A stretch of DNA of 60,323 bases from an uncultured Oscillospiraceae bacterium. GTDB taxonomy: Bacteria; Bacillota; Clostridia; Oscillospirales; Oscillospiraceae. How positions within the stretch are numbered: the first letter of the stretch is position 1; each line of letters opens with the position of its first letter. The stretch spans positions 1 to 60,323 of the forward strand of contig CAZMBL010000002.1 of assembly GCA_964564605.1 (NCBI GenBank), written 5' to 3'. A model generated the notes under the pieces. That model did no database searches. It had not been told where the DNA came from and saw only the letters and a program-made list of their open reading frames with translations. Position numbers and translations under genes: made by a program. Shown here one piece after another: positions 44,865-55,253 of this stretch.

Positions 44865-45045
44865 GGGATTGCCACACCACAGCCTGCGGTCATTGCAAGG
44901 AGGCGCAGCCGACGTGGCAATCCCCGAAAGCACGCTGTCACTGGCGTGGCAATTCCCCGGTTAGACGCACAATCCCCCCGTTCATCCAACAATCCGGAAG
45001 AACGGGGGGATTGCCACACCAGTGGCGCGGACTGGTGCGCAACGA
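44865..45045. repeat. Cluster of REP-like palindromic units
   Basis: GGATTGCCACACCA occurs twice (about 44866, 45008) and inverted GTGGCAAT twice; shares the ATGCCACACCAGTG core with copies at 24.6 and 32.9 kb. Confidence 0.65.
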
Positions 45046-45062
45046 CATATTTTTCGCTCTAT

Positions 45063-48000
45063 TTACAACGAGAAATAGGCTTTGGCGCTGGTAAACAGGT
45101 GCAGGTCGTAATCGCCGGGGACGTTGCGGTACAGCCGGGAGCCGACACGTTCGCTGTGGCCCATTTTACCCAGTACGCGGCCATCCGGGGAGGTGATCCC
45201 CTCCACAGCCCAAACAGAGCCGTTGGGGTTGAAATCCACGTCCATGGTGGGCTCGTTTTGCAGATTCACATACTGGGTGGCGATCTGACCGTTGGCGGCC
45301 AGCTTTTCCAGCAGCGCAGGACTGCAAAGGAAACGGCCCTCGCCGTGGGAAATGGGGACATTGACCACATCTCCCACCTGCATCCCCGCCAGCCATGGTG
45401 AGGCACAGCTGGCCACTCTCGTGCGAACGATGCGGCTCTGGTGGCGGCCGATGGTGTTGAAGGTCAGGGTTGGGCAGGTTTCGTCCGTATCCAGAATTTC
45501 ACCGAAGGGCACCAGACCCAGCTTGATCAGGGCCTGAAAACCGTTGCAGATGCCCAGCATCAGACCGTCGCGCTGTTTCAGCAGCTCCATGGTGGCATCC
45601 TTCACCCGGGGATTGCGGAAGAATGCGGTGATGAATTTGCCGGAACCGTCCGGCTCGTCCCCGCCGGAGAAGCCGCCGGGGATGAAAATGATATTGCTGT
45701 CGCCGCAGGCTCGGGCAAAACGGGCTGCGGACTGCTCCACGGCCTCGGGCGTCTGGTTGCCGATGACCAGAATCTCGGCATCCAGCCCCGCTTTCATGGC
45801 GGCGTTGGCAGAGTCATACTCGCAATTGGTGCCGGGGAATACGGGAATCAGCACCTTCGGCCGGGCAACCGCCACGGCCGGGGCTGCAACGGGCCGCTTT
45901 TTTGCGCTGAGGGTGGGAACGGTCTGCTCCGCCTGCGCGGGAATGACGGGGTACACATCCGCCAGGACGGCGGCGTTCAGCTTCTCGATCTCATCAATGG
46001 TGCAGCTGTCGCCGCCAAGGTCGATGCGGCCATCGCCGGTGGTCACGCCCAGAAGGGTCACGCCGGGCAGACTCACGGGCTGCGCCAACTCTGCCACGAT
46101 GGCACCGCTGCAGGGGGCATACCAGCGCGCGCCCAGATCGGCCTGCGCCCGGAAGCCGATGTCATTGCCGAAGGACATATTCATGATGCCCTCTGCAATA
46201 CCGTTTTCCACCGCCCATGCCGACAGGATGCTCCCCTGCTCATGGAGGGCCCGGAAGGTCTCCCAGCAGCGGCGCTGCGCCTCGGCGGAAGCGTCCTCCG
46301 GGGCGATAAGGCAGACACTGTGTCCCGCCTGCCGGAAGTCGGTGCCCAGCACGCGGTCGGCCTTCACCGGTGTGATGGCAAAGGCGATGACCGTGGGGGG
46401 CACATCGATATTCTGGAAGGTGCCGCTCATGGAATCCTTGCCGCCGATGGCTGCCGCGCCGAAGTCCAGCTGGGCATCCAGCGCACCCAGAAGGGCGGCG
46501 AAGGGCTTGCCCCAGCGAAGGGGTTCGTCTCTGAGCTTTTCGAAAAATTCCTGCAGGGAAAGGTAGGCATTTCTTTCATCGCCGCCGGCACATACCAGCT
46601 TGGTCAGGGCCGTGACCACGGCGGCATAGCCGCCGGCATAGGGATCGGCACTGAGCAGCTCCGGGTCACAGCCGTAGGCCATGATGCTGCCCTGATCGGT
46701 CTGCTGACCGGGGAGCATGGGCAGCAGGGCCGCCATGGCCTGTGCGGGGGAGCGCTGTTTTTTGCCACCGAAGGGCATCAGCAGGCTTCCCGCACCGATG
46801 GTGGCATCAAACCGCTCCACCAGACCCCGGCGGCTGGCGCAGGCGAGGCTGCCGGCCATCTCCCTGAGGGAGGCAAAGCGGGCCGCGGACTGCTTCTGCC
46901 GGTCTTTTTCCGGCACCGCCACGGTGGTATGCTTCACGGCACCGTTGGTATTGAGAAATTCCCGGCTCAAATCGGCCACGGTCTGGCCATGCCAGTGCAT
47001 GACCATGCGGGGGCTTTCCGTGACCACCGCCACGGGGTAAGCTTCCAGATTTTCCCGCTCCGCAGCGGCGATGAAGGCATCCGCGTCCCCGGGGGCAACC
47101 ACTACGGCCATCCGCTCCTGAGATTCGGAAATGGCGATTTCCGTGCCGTCCAGACCGTCATATTTTTTCCGCACCGCGTCCAGATCGATTTGCAGGCCGT
47201 CCGCCAGCTCTCCGATGGCCACGGACACGCCGCCCGCGCCGAAATCATTGCAGCGCTTGATCAGCCGTGTGACCTCGCCATTACGGAACAGGCGCTGGAT
47301 CTTCCGCTCCTCGGGAGCGTTGCCCTTCTGCACTTCGGAGGCCATAGTTGCAAGGGAGGCGGCATTGTGGCTCTTGGAAGAGCCAGTGGCTCCGCCGATG
47401 CCGTCCCGGCCGGTACGGCCGCCCAGCAAAATCACCACATCGCCCGCTTCCGGCCGCTCCCGCCGGACATTTTCCGCCGGGGCCGCCGCCACCACCGCGC
47501 CGCATTCCAGCCGCTTGGCGGCAAAATTCGGATGGTAAAGCTCCGCCACATGGCCGGTGGCCAGACCGATCTGGTTGCCATAGGAGGAATAGCCCGCCGC
47601 TGCGGACTGGCAGATCTTGCGCTGGGGCAGCTTTCCGGGAATGGTCTGCTCCAGCGGCAGGCGGGGATCCGCCGCGCCGGTGACCCGCATGGCCTGATGG
47701 ACGTAGGCCCGCCCGGACAGGGGATCCCGGATGCAGCCGCCGATGCAGGTGGCCGCGCCGCCGAAGGGCTCGATCTCCGTGGGGTGGTTGTGGGTCTCGT
47801 TTTTGAACATCAACAGCCAGTCCTCGGGCTTGCCGTTGACATCAGCGGTCACATGGATGGAGCAGGCATTGATCTCCTCGCTCTCATCCAGCTCCGGCAG
47901 AAGGCCACGTTTTTTCAGCACCTTGGTGCCGATGGTGGCCAGATCCATCAGGGTCTGGGGCCGCCGGGCGGCTTTTTCCGCTCCGTAGACCTCCACCCGG

Positions 48001-48755
48001 GCCGCAAGGTAGCGCTCGTAAGCACGAAGCACCACCGGATCTTCGATTTTTACCCCATCAATATGGGTGGAGAAGGTGGTATGGCGGCAGTGATCCGACC
48101 AGTAAGTGTCCACCACACGGATCTCCGTCACGGTGGGGTCACGCTTTTCCTCCTCCCGGAAATAGCGCTGCAGGAACAGCAGGTCCTCCCCGTCCATGGC
48201 AAGGCCCATTTCCTGCCGCAGAGTCTCCAGCCGGGATGCATCCATGGCGGTAAAGCCCTCCACCACGGCCACATGCCGGGGAATAACGCACTGGGTATGC
48301 AGGGACTCGGGCAGCTCCAGCGCCGCCTGCCGGCACTCCACAGGGTTGATCAGATGCCCGCGGATCCGATCCAGCTCCTGCTGCGACAGCTCGCCGCAGA
48401 GGATATATACCTTCGCAGTGCGAACCGGCGGGCGTTCTCCCCGGGTCATCAGCTGGATACAGGCCGCAGCAGAGTCCGCCCGCTGGTCAAACTGACCCGG
48501 CAGCGGTTCCACCGCCAGCACCTGCCCGGCTTCTTCCGGCAGGTGGTCATATACATCGTCCACCTGGGGCTCGGAAAACACCGTTGCCACCGCCCGACGG
48601 AAGGTCTGCTCGTCCTCCATTTCCGTGTCATAGCGGTTGAGCAGCCGCAGGCCGGTCAGTGACCGGATGCCCAGCAGGCCGTTGATCTCCTGCTGCAGGC
48701 TCCGGGCTTCCTGCCGCAGACCCGGTTTCTTTTCCACATAAATCCGACGAACCAT
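45063..48755 (-). CDS. purL: Phosphoribosylformylglycinamidine synthase, large single-chain form
   Basis: WSDHCRH, KNETHNHPTEIEPFGGAAT, DFGAGG, ESQERM, fused glutaminase domain FPGTNCE, GICNGFQ, MGHSER. Confidence 0.96.
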   Translation of the reverse strand: MVRRIYVEKKPGLRQEARSLQQEINGLLGIRSLTGLRLLNRYDTEMEDEQTFRRAVATVFSEPQVDDVYDHLPEEAGQVLAVEPLPGQFDQRADSAAACIQLMTRGERPPVRTAKVYILCGELSQQELDRIRGHLINPVECRQAALELPESLHTQCVIPRHVAVVEGFTAMDASRLETLRQEMGLAMDGEDLLFLQRYFREEEKRDPTVTEIRVVDTYWSDHCRHTTFSTHIDGVKIEDPVVLRAYERYLAARVEVYGAEKAARRPQTLMDLATIGTKVLKKRGLLPELDESEEINACSIHVTADVNGKPEDWLLMFKNETHNHPTEIEPFGGAATCIGGCIRDPLSGRAYVHQAMRVTGAADPRLPLEQTIPGKLPQRKICQSAAAGYSSYGNQIGLATGHVAELYHPNFAAKRLECGAVVAAAPAENVRRERPEAGDVVILLGGRTGRDGIGGATGSSKSHNAASLATMASEVQKGNAPEERKIQRLFRNGEVTRLIKRCNDFGAGGVSVAIGELADGLQIDLDAVRKKYDGLDGTEIAISESQERMAVVVAPGDADAFIAAAERENLEAYPVAVVTESPRMVMHWHGQTVADLSREFLNTNGAVKHTTVAVPEKDRQKQSAARFASLREMAGSLACASRRGLVERFDATIGAGSLLMPFGGKKQRSPAQAMAALLPMLPGQQTDQGSIMAYGCDPELLSADPYAGGYAAVVTALTKLVCAGGDERNAYLSLQEFFEKLRDEPLRWGKPFAALLGALDAQLDFGAAAIGGKDSMSGTFQNIDVPPTVIAFAITPVKADRVLGTDFRQAGHSVCLIAPEDASAEAQRRCWETFRALHEQGSILSAWAVENGIAEGIMNMSFGNDIGFRAQADLGARWYAPCSGAIVAELAQPVSLPGVTLLGVTTGDGRIDLGGDSCTIDEIEKLNAAVLADVYPVIPAQAEQTVPTLSAKKRPVAAPAVAVARPKVLIPVFPGTNCEYDSANAAMKAGLDAEILVIGNQTPEAVEQSAARFARACGDSNIIFIPGGFSGGDEPDGSGKFITAFFRNPRVKDATMELLKQRDGLMLGICNGFQALIKLGLVPFGEILDTDETCPTLTFNTIGRHQSRIVRTRVASCASPWLAGMQVGDVVNVPISHGEGRFLCSPALLEKLAANGQIATQYVNLQNEPTMDVDFNPNGSVWAVEGITSPDGRVLGKMGHSERVGSRLYRNVPGDYDLHLFTSAKAYFSL

Positions 48756-48777
48756 TTCTTACCTCCAACGCTCTGCC

Positions 48778-50046
48778 TTACAGCAGCTCCAGCGCCCGTT
48801 TTCCAATATCCCGGCGCAGATATTTTTTCTCAAAATCCACCTGATCGGCGGCGGCATAGGCCAGTTTCAGCGCCTGCTCCAGCGTCGGCGCCGTGGCCGT
48901 CAGGCCCAGCACGCGGCCGCCGGTGGTCACCAGTTTGCCGTCCCGCAGGCCGGTTCCCGCATGGAAACAGGTCACATGGGGGTCAAACCGCTCGGGCAGA
49001 CGGATGGTTTTTCCCTTTTCATATCCGGCCGGATACCCGCCGGAGGCCAGCACCACGCAGGCGGCGCTCTCCTGCTTCCAGCGAATGTCCAGCTGAGACA
49101 GAGTGCCCTGCTCCACCGCCTGCATAATGGTCAGAAGATCCGTCTGAAGCAGCGGCAGCACCACCTGTGTCTCCGGATCTCCGAAGCGGCAGTTGTACTC
49201 AATGACCCGGGGGCCATCGACTGTCAGCATCAGACCGAAATACAGGCAGCCCCGGAAAGGACACCCCTCCGCCGCCATGGCCCGCACCGTGGGCAGGAAG
49301 ATCTCTTCCATGCAACGCTCGGCCATTTCGGGGGTGTAGCAGGGGTTGGGCGCGATGGTGCCCATGCCGCCGGTATTGAGGCCGGTGTCCCCTTCCCCGA
49401 TCCGCTTGTGATCCATGGAGGACACCATGGGCCGCACCGTGACCCCATCGGTAAAGGCCAGAACGGAAACCTCCGGCCCGGTCAGATACTCTTCCACAAT
49501 GATGCGGGCACCGCTTTTGCCGAATTTACCGTTTTCCAGCATATCCCGGGCAGCCTGAAGCGCCTCCTGCCGGGTCTGGGCGATAATCACACCCTTGCCC
49601 AGCGCAAGGCCGTCCGCCTTGATCACCGTGGGCAGCGGCACCGCGCGCAGGTATTCCAGCGCCTGCTCCAGCTGGGTAAAGACCGCGTGGCGTGCCGTGG
49701 GGATGTGATATTTCATCATCAGCTCCTTGGCAAAGACCTTGCTGGCCTCAATTCTGGCAGCAGCCGCCGTGGGGCCGAAGCAGGCAATTCCCTCGCCATG
49801 GAGCCGATCCACGCAGCCCATGGCCAGCGGGTCATCCGGTGCCACCACGGCAAAATCCACGGGGTTTTCCCGGACAAAGGCCACAATTGCATCCAGATCC
49901 GTTGCCGCAATGGGGACGCAGATGGCCTCCCGGGCGATGCCACCGTTGCCCGGCAGGGCATAAATGCGGTCAACGGTTTCGTTTTCTCTGAGCTTTTTAA
50001 TGATGGCGTGTTCCCGGCCGCCGCCACCGATCACAAGAATATTCAT
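48778..50046 (-). CDS. purD: Phosphoribosylamine-glycine ligase
   Basis: MNILVIGGGGREHA, KADGLALGKGV, GLNTGGMG, EYNCRFGDPE. Confidence 0.96.
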   Translation of the reverse strand: MNILVIGGGGREHAIIKKLRENETVDRIYALPGNGGIAREAICVPIAATDLDAIVAFVRENPVDFAVVAPDDPLAMGCVDRLHGEGIACFGPTAAAARIEASKVFAKELMMKYHIPTARHAVFTQLEQALEYLRAVPLPTVIKADGLALGKGVIIAQTRQEALQAARDMLENGKFGKSGARIIVEEYLTGPEVSVLAFTDGVTVRPMVSSMDHKRIGEGDTGLNTGGMGTIAPNPCYTPEMAERCMEEIFLPTVRAMAAEGCPFRGCLYFGLMLTVDGPRVIEYNCRFGDPETQVVLPLLQTDLLTIMQAVEQGTLSQLDIRWKQESAACVVLASGGYPAGYEKGKTIRLPERFDPHVTCFHAGTGLRDGKLVTTGGRVLGLTATAPTLEQALKLAYAAADQVDFEKKYLRRDIGKRALELL

Positions 50047-50083
50047 ACCTGCCTCCGATGCAGCCGTTTCAAAAAGCTGCTTT

Positions 50084-51268
50084 TTAATGATGGAACAGCC
50101 GCAGACCCGTAAAGGCCATGAACATGCCGTATTTATCGCACTGGGCAATCACCGCGTCGTCCCGGATGGAACCGCCGGGCTGCGCCACATAGCTGACACC
50201 CACGGCCTTCGCCCGCTTGATGCTGTCCGGGAAGGGGAAGAAGGCATCGCTGCCCAGCGCCACGCCGTGCAGGCCGTCCAGATACGCCCGCTTTTCTTCC
50301 TGCGTCAGCGGCTCCGGGCGGGTGGTGAAGTATTCCGGCCAGATATCCTCGGCGCAGACATTCTCCTCGTTGCCGTTGATATAGCCGTCAATGGCATTAT
50401 CCCGGGCCGGTCGGCCCAGATCCGGCCGCAGGGGCAGCGCCAGCACCTTGGGATGCTGCCGCAGGAACCAGGTCTCCGCCTTTCCCGCCGCAAGACGGGT
50501 ACAGTGTACCCGGGACTGCTGCCCGGCACCGACACCGATGGCCTGCCCGTCATAGGCAAAGCAGACGGAATTGGACTGGGTATATTTCAGGGTGATCAGT
50601 GCCACCAGAAGATCGGTCTGCGCTTCGGTGGGCAGTGTCCGGTTGACCGTCACCACGTTTTCCAGCAGCTCCGCTCCGATGGCACAGTCATTGCGCCCCT
50701 GCCGGAAGGTGATGCCGAAAACCTGCTTTTCCTCCTGCTGTGCCGGAACATAGGCAGGATCCATCTGCACCACATTGTAATTGCCGCCCCGCTTTCCGGC
50801 GAGGATGCGCAGGGCCTCCGGGGAATAGCCGGGGGCGATGACTCCGTCCGACACCTCCCGGGCCAGCAGTGTAGCCGTCAGCGCATCGCATTCATCGCTC
50901 AAGGCCACCCAGTCCCCGAAGGAGCAAAGCCGGTCGCCCCCCCGGGCCCGGGCATAGGCGCAGGCCAGAAGGCTGCTGTCAAGCCCAGGCACATCGTCCA
51001 CAAAGCAGGCTTTTTTCAGCTGCGGCGGCAAAATCTTTCCAACGGCGGCAGAGGTGGGAGAAACATGCTTGAACGATGCCGCGCAGGGAAGCGACGTTGC
51101 TTTTTTCAGTTCCGACACCAGCTGCCAGGCATTGAGCGCATCGAGAAAATTGATATATCCGGGCCGCCCCTGCACCACGGTGACAGGCAGCTCGCTGCCG
51201 TCCGCCATAAAGATGGCGGCAGGCTTCTGATTGGGATTACAGCCGTATTTCAGGGTAAACTCCTGCAT
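50084..51268 (-). CDS. purH: AICAR transformylase (PurH C-terminal domain only)
   Basis: Starts at LKYGCNPNQ; SFKHVSP, GAGQQSRVHC, SDAFFPF, QPGGSIRD; lacks the N-terminal IMP cyclohydrolase domain. Confidence 0.9.
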   Translation of the reverse strand: MQEFTLKYGCNPNQKPAAIFMADGSELPVTVVQGRPGYINFLDALNAWQLVSELKKATSLPCAASFKHVSPTSAAVGKILPPQLKKACFVDDVPGLDSSLLACAYARARGGDRLCSFGDWVALSDECDALTATLLAREVSDGVIAPGYSPEALRILAGKRGGNYNVVQMDPAYVPAQQEEKQVFGITFRQGRNDCAIGAELLENVVTVNRTLPTEAQTDLLVALITLKYTQSNSVCFAYDGQAIGVGAGQQSRVHCTRLAAGKAETWFLRQHPKVLALPLRPDLGRPARDNAIDGYINGNEENVCAEDIWPEYFTTRPEPLTQEEKRAYLDGLHGVALGSDAFFPFPDSIKRAKAVGVSYVAQPGGSIRDDAVIAQCDKYGMFMAFTGLRLFHH

Positions 51269-51297
51269 AAATGTTTCCTCCGGTTCCGTTTTTCCGT

Positions 51298-51999
51298 TTA
51301 CTCGTAGCGATTGATGATCCGCTGCTCGCTCTTCCCTGTAGCCGGATCGGTATAGCGCACAAACAGGGAGATTTTGTTGTCGCTGTCCAGATTATCCCAC
51401 AGCTCCCGGGTGAAAGCGTCGATATCCGCCGGGATGGCCACATGCTCCGGCTCTCCGGTGAAGGAGGGCAGCGGACTTCCGTCCCCGGCGTAGGTATGCA
51501 GGAAGTATCCGCAGCCGGGCATGGCGGGATATTCGAAGAAGCAGCGCTGGCAGTTCTCCCCTTCCGGGTCAGCTGCCTTCAAAATGGCAAGGCGGCAGCT
51601 GCCGTCCTGCTCGAGAATGCCGGAAATTCTGGGTGTCCAGTTAGGGCCGTCATCCTCAAAGCGGCGGGTGCGCAGGGCATTTTCCCAGCTGTCGCCCCGG
51701 CAAAGCCAGTCCCGGATGGTATCGGTCTGGTCGCCGTTGGTCACGATCAGGCTGCTGCCCAGCTGCCGCACGGGATGATAGATGATCAGATGGGGATCGG
51801 TCATCAGCGCCGGGTCATACGCCTGTGTGCGGATGCCGTCCGGCTCCGGCCGGAACACCCGGTTGCGACTGTTGACGCTGCGGCCCATGATGAAATAGGC
51901 CGCCACGGCAGCCCCCGCCGGGCTGCAGCCGAGGACAATGCCCCGCCCGGGGTAACGGTCACCGGCCAGCCGCCGGCCCATGGATTGCTCAAACACCAT
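51298..51999 (-). CDS. PurO-like IMP cyclohydrolase
   Basis: YPGRGI, YFIMGRSVNSRNR, LIIY, IVTNGDQTD, TPRISG. Confidence 0.85.
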   Translation of the reverse strand: MVFEQSMGRRLAGDRYPGRGIVLGCSPAGAAVAAYFIMGRSVNSRNRVFRPEPDGIRTQAYDPALMTDPHLIIYHPVRQLGSSLIVTNGDQTDTIRDWLCRGDSWENALRTRRFEDDGPNWTPRISGILEQDGSCRLAILKAADPEGENCQRCFFEYPAMPGCGYFLHTYAGDGSPLPSFTGEPEHVAIPADIDAFTRELWDNLDSDNKISLFVRYTDPATGKSEQRIINRYE

Positions 52000-52618
52000 A
52001 ATTGCCTCCTTCCCGGATGCTCCGGGTTTCCGTCTCACCGGCTGCGCAGACCATGGCGCAGACCTGTTCCGTCGCCTGTGGAAGCAGCACCCATTCGGCC
52101 TGCTCCATCACCCGGCGCTGCAATGTTTCGGGAGTATCCCCCGGCAGCACCGGCACCGCCTTCTGCGCCACGATGGGGCCACCATCGCAGACGCCGTTGA
52201 CAAAATGCACCGTTGCGCCGGTAACCTTCACCCCCCGGCGCAGGGCCTGCTCATGAACACGCAGGCCGTACATTCCCTCCCCGCAGAAGCTGGGGATCAG
52301 GCTGGGGTGGATGTTGAGAATGCGATTTTCCCACTGGTCGGTAAATTCCGCCGGAAGGATGGAAAGAAAACCGGCCAGCACAATCACGTCCACCCGCCCG
52401 GTCAGCAGCTGGCACAGCCGGTCGGCCAGATGAGGCTTCGTGACCACGGCGGTCTCCACCCCTGCCGCCTGCGCCCGACGCAGGGCATAGGCATCGGGCC
52501 GGTCGGACACCACCAGCGAAATCTTCCCGTGGGGCAGCTGCCCCCGGGCCGCCGCGTCCAGCAGGGCCTGCAAATTGGTGCCGCCGCCGGAGACCAGCAC
52601 CGCTACCCGGGCCGTCAT
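51989..52618 (-). CDS. purN: Phosphoribosylglycinamide formyltransferase
   Basis: VLVSGGGTNLQA, NIHPSL, GATVHFV, DGGPI. Confidence 0.95.
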   Translation of the reverse strand: MTARVAVLVSGGGTNLQALLDAAARGQLPHGKISLVVSDRPDAYALRRAQAAGVETAVVTKPHLADRLCQLLTGRVDVIVLAGFLSILPAEFTDQWENRILNIHPSLIPSFCGEGMYGLRVHEQALRRGVKVTGATVHFVNGVCDGGPIVAQKAVPVLPGDTPETLQRRVMEQAEWVLLPQATEQVCAMVCAAGETETRSIREGGNYGV

Positions 52619-53664
52619 ACCAGCTCCACCCGGCTGTCGCCCCGGGTAATGGTGCCGATGATATAGGCATTTTCGCCCTCGGCCCGCAGCAGCGCCAGCG
52701 CCTGCTCCGCCTGCTCCGGGGGCACCACCACGGTCATGCCCACACCCATGTTGAAGGTGTTGAACATATCCCGCCGGGAAATGCCGCCCACCCGGGCGAT
52801 CTGCCGAAAAATGGGCAGAATCTGCACCCGATCCAGCTCGATGCGGGCGCACAGCCCCTCCGGAATGCTGCGGGGGATGTTTTCATAGAAGCCGCCGCCG
52901 GTGATATGGGAAATTCCCTTGACCTGCACCTGCTCCAGCAGGCGCAGCACCGCCCGGACGTAAATACGGGTGGGGGTCAGCAGGGTTTCGGCCACGCTGG
53001 CACCACCCAGCTCCGGGCAGGGCGCATAAATGGCGGGCGGATTGTTGTCGATATCGAAGACCTTGCGGCAGAGACTGAAGCCGTTGGAGTGGATGCCGGA
53101 GGAGGCCAGTGCGATCACCACATCCCCGGCGGCCATGCGGGTCTTATCGAGAATTTTTTCCCGATCCACGATGCCCACGGCGAAGCCGGCCAGATCATAG
53201 TCCTGCTCCGGCATGAGGCCCGGATGCTCCGCCGTTTCGCCGCCGATCAGGGCGCAGCCGGCCTGCACACAGCCCTCCGCCACACCGCTGACGATGGAAG
53301 CGATCTTCTCCGGCACGTTTTTGCCGCAGGCGATGTAATCGAGAAAATACAGCGGCCGCGCGCCACAGCAGATGATATCGTTGACGCACATGGCCACGGC
53401 ATCGATGCCGATGGTATCATGGCGATCCATGAGCACGGCCAGTTTGACCTTGGTGCCGCAGCCATCGGTGCCGGAGACCAGTACCGGCTCCTTCATGCCG
53501 GTGGGCAGGGCAAAGCAGCCACCAAAGCCGCCCACATCATCGACACAGCCCTCGGTTTTGGTGCGGGCGATGTGGCGTTTCATCAGTTCCACCGCCCGAT
53601 ATCCGGCGGTAATATCCACGCCGGCAGCGGCATAGGCCGCGCTATGGGAGTTTTCGTGTTCCAT
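52615..53664 (-). CDS. purM: Phosphoribosylaminoimidazole synthetase
   Basis: YAAAGVD, TDGCGTK, GGETAEHP, HSNGFSL, HITGGG, TFNMG. Confidence 0.96.
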   Translation of the reverse strand: MEHENSHSAAYAAAGVDITAGYRAVELMKRHIARTKTEGCVDDVGGFGGCFALPTGMKEPVLVSGTDGCGTKVKLAVLMDRHDTIGIDAVAMCVNDIICCGARPLYFLDYIACGKNVPEKIASIVSGVAEGCVQAGCALIGGETAEHPGLMPEQDYDLAGFAVGIVDREKILDKTRMAAGDVVIALASSGIHSNGFSLCRKVFDIDNNPPAIYAPCPELGGASVAETLLTPTRIYVRAVLRLLEQVQVKGISHITGGGFYENIPRSIPEGLCARIELDRVQILPIFRQIARVGGISRRDMFNTFNMGVGMTVVVPPEQAEQALALLRAEGENAYIIGTITRGDSRVELV

Positions 53665-53697
53665 AATTCGCTCCTTTTCAGTCATAAATGCCGGCCG

Positions 53698-55122
53698 TTA
53701 TTCTTTTCCGGTCCAGCAGTAGGTGCAAAGCTTGCACGGCGGCAGCCCGATGGCCTTCACCACACCCTCCAGCGTCTGGAAGCCAAGAGAAGCGAAGTGG
53801 AATTTATCGCAGATGGCCTGCCGCATGGCCTTGCCGCGCTCGGTGCTGCCATCGGCGTATTCCTCGATATGGCGGAAACCCTCTTCCCCCTCCAGCTCCA
53901 GAATCACCCGGCGGGAGATCAGCTCCAGATCCGATGTGGAGCGGGAGAAATTCAGGTATTTGCAGCCGTACATGATTGGCGGGCAGGCAGAGCGCATATG
54001 CACCGCCCTGGCCCCGTTTTCATAGAGGAACTCCACCGTCTCCCGCAGCTGCGTGCCGCGGACAATGGAGTCGTCCACAAACAGCAGCCGTTTGCCGCGG
54101 ATCAGCTCCTGCACCGGGATCTGCTTCATTTTCGCGATTTTCTGCCGGTCGGACTGCCGGGCCGGGGTGAAGCTGCGCGACCATGTGGGGGTATATTTGA
54201 TAAAGGCCCGGGCGAAGGGCAGCCCCGTCCGGTTGGCATAGCCGATGGCATGAGGGGTGCCGGAATCGGGCACACCGCCCACATAATCGATGTCCATGTC
54301 CCGGCCCTGCGCCATGTCCCGCTCGGCCATGGCCGCACCGTTGCGGTAGCGCATGGCCTCCACATTGATCCCTTCATAGGTGGAGGTGGGGTAGCCGTAA
54401 TAGCTCCACAGGAAAGCGCAGATGCGCATATCCTCCCCCGGCTCCGCCAGCCGGGTCATGCCATCCGGCGTAAGCTCCACGATCTCCCCGGGGCCAAGCT
54501 CGCAGACCTTTTCATAGCCCAGCTTGGTGAAGGCGAACTCCTCCATGGAGGCACAGTAGCCGTCGGCATTGTGGCCGATCTGCACCGGAATGCGCCCCAG
54601 CCTGTCCCGGGCGGCGATCAGACGGCCGTCCTGACAGAGGATGAGGATATTGGCCGTGCCGTCAATGGCGTGCTGGGCAAAACGGATGCCCTCGGCAAAG
54701 CTGCTTTTCTGATCGATCAGGGCAGCCACCAGCTCCGTGGAATTGACCTTGCCGCCGGTCATGGCATCAAAATGCCCACCGCTGAAGGAGAGGAAATGCT
54801 CGATCAGTTCCTCGGCATTGTTGATCGCCCCCACGGTGCAGATGGCGTAGGTGCCCAGTTGGGAGCGCACCAGCATCGGCTGGGGGTCGGAGTCGGAAAT
54901 GCAGCCGATGACGGAGGTTCCTTCCATCTCCTCGAAAATATGCTCAAATTTTGTACGGAAGGGGGAATTTTCAATGTTGTGAATTTTGCGCTGGAGGCCG
55001 ATCTGCGGGTCATAGGCCGCCATGCCGCCCCGCCGGGTTCCAAGATGGGAGTGATAATCCACTCCGAAAAACACATCCACCATGCAGGATGCATGGGATG
55101 CGATGCCAAAAAAGCCGCCCAT
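53698..55122 (-). CDS. purF: Amidophosphoribosyltransferase (variant without the N-terminal Cys)
   Basis: MGGFFG N-terminus, GVPDSG, PRPP motif VDDSIVRGT, CPP, C-terminal CTYCW. Confidence 0.92.
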   Translation of the reverse strand: MGGFFGIASHASCMVDVFFGVDYHSHLGTRRGGMAAYDPQIGLQRKIHNIENSPFRTKFEHIFEEMEGTSVIGCISDSDPQPMLVRSQLGTYAICTVGAINNAEELIEHFLSFSGGHFDAMTGGKVNSTELVAALIDQKSSFAEGIRFAQHAIDGTANILILCQDGRLIAARDRLGRIPVQIGHNADGYCASMEEFAFTKLGYEKVCELGPGEIVELTPDGMTRLAEPGEDMRICAFLWSYYGYPTSTYEGINVEAMRYRNGAAMAERDMAQGRDMDIDYVGGVPDSGTPHAIGYANRTGLPFARAFIKYTPTWSRSFTPARQSDRQKIAKMKQIPVQELIRGKRLLFVDDSIVRGTQLRETVEFLYENGARAVHMRSACPPIMYGCKYLNFSRSTSDLELISRRVILELEGEEGFRHIEEYADGSTERGKAMRQAICDKFHFASLGFQTLEGVVKAIGLPPCKLCTYCWTGKE

Positions 55123-55253
55123 GGTAATCTCCTTTGAATTCGGGAACCTCTGATGCGCGCCGGCCGTTGGCGATGGATGCAGAGGCTTCTTTATGGTAAG
55201 TGCGCAAAAGGCCCTGTCCCGGAGTCCGGCGGCAAGGCTTTTTGTCAAATGCG

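Noticed and set aside
44865-45045. Possible CRISPR array
   Set aside because: Units are in both orientations, irregularly spaced and palindromic like REPs; no cas genes
45441-48662. 1073-aa plus-strand ORF (likewise 26615-28678, 52906-55137, 17120-19060 and other long overlapping ORFs)
   Set aside because: Opposite strand of clearly identified genes (purL, enoate reductase, purM/purF, ffh); no recognisable domains
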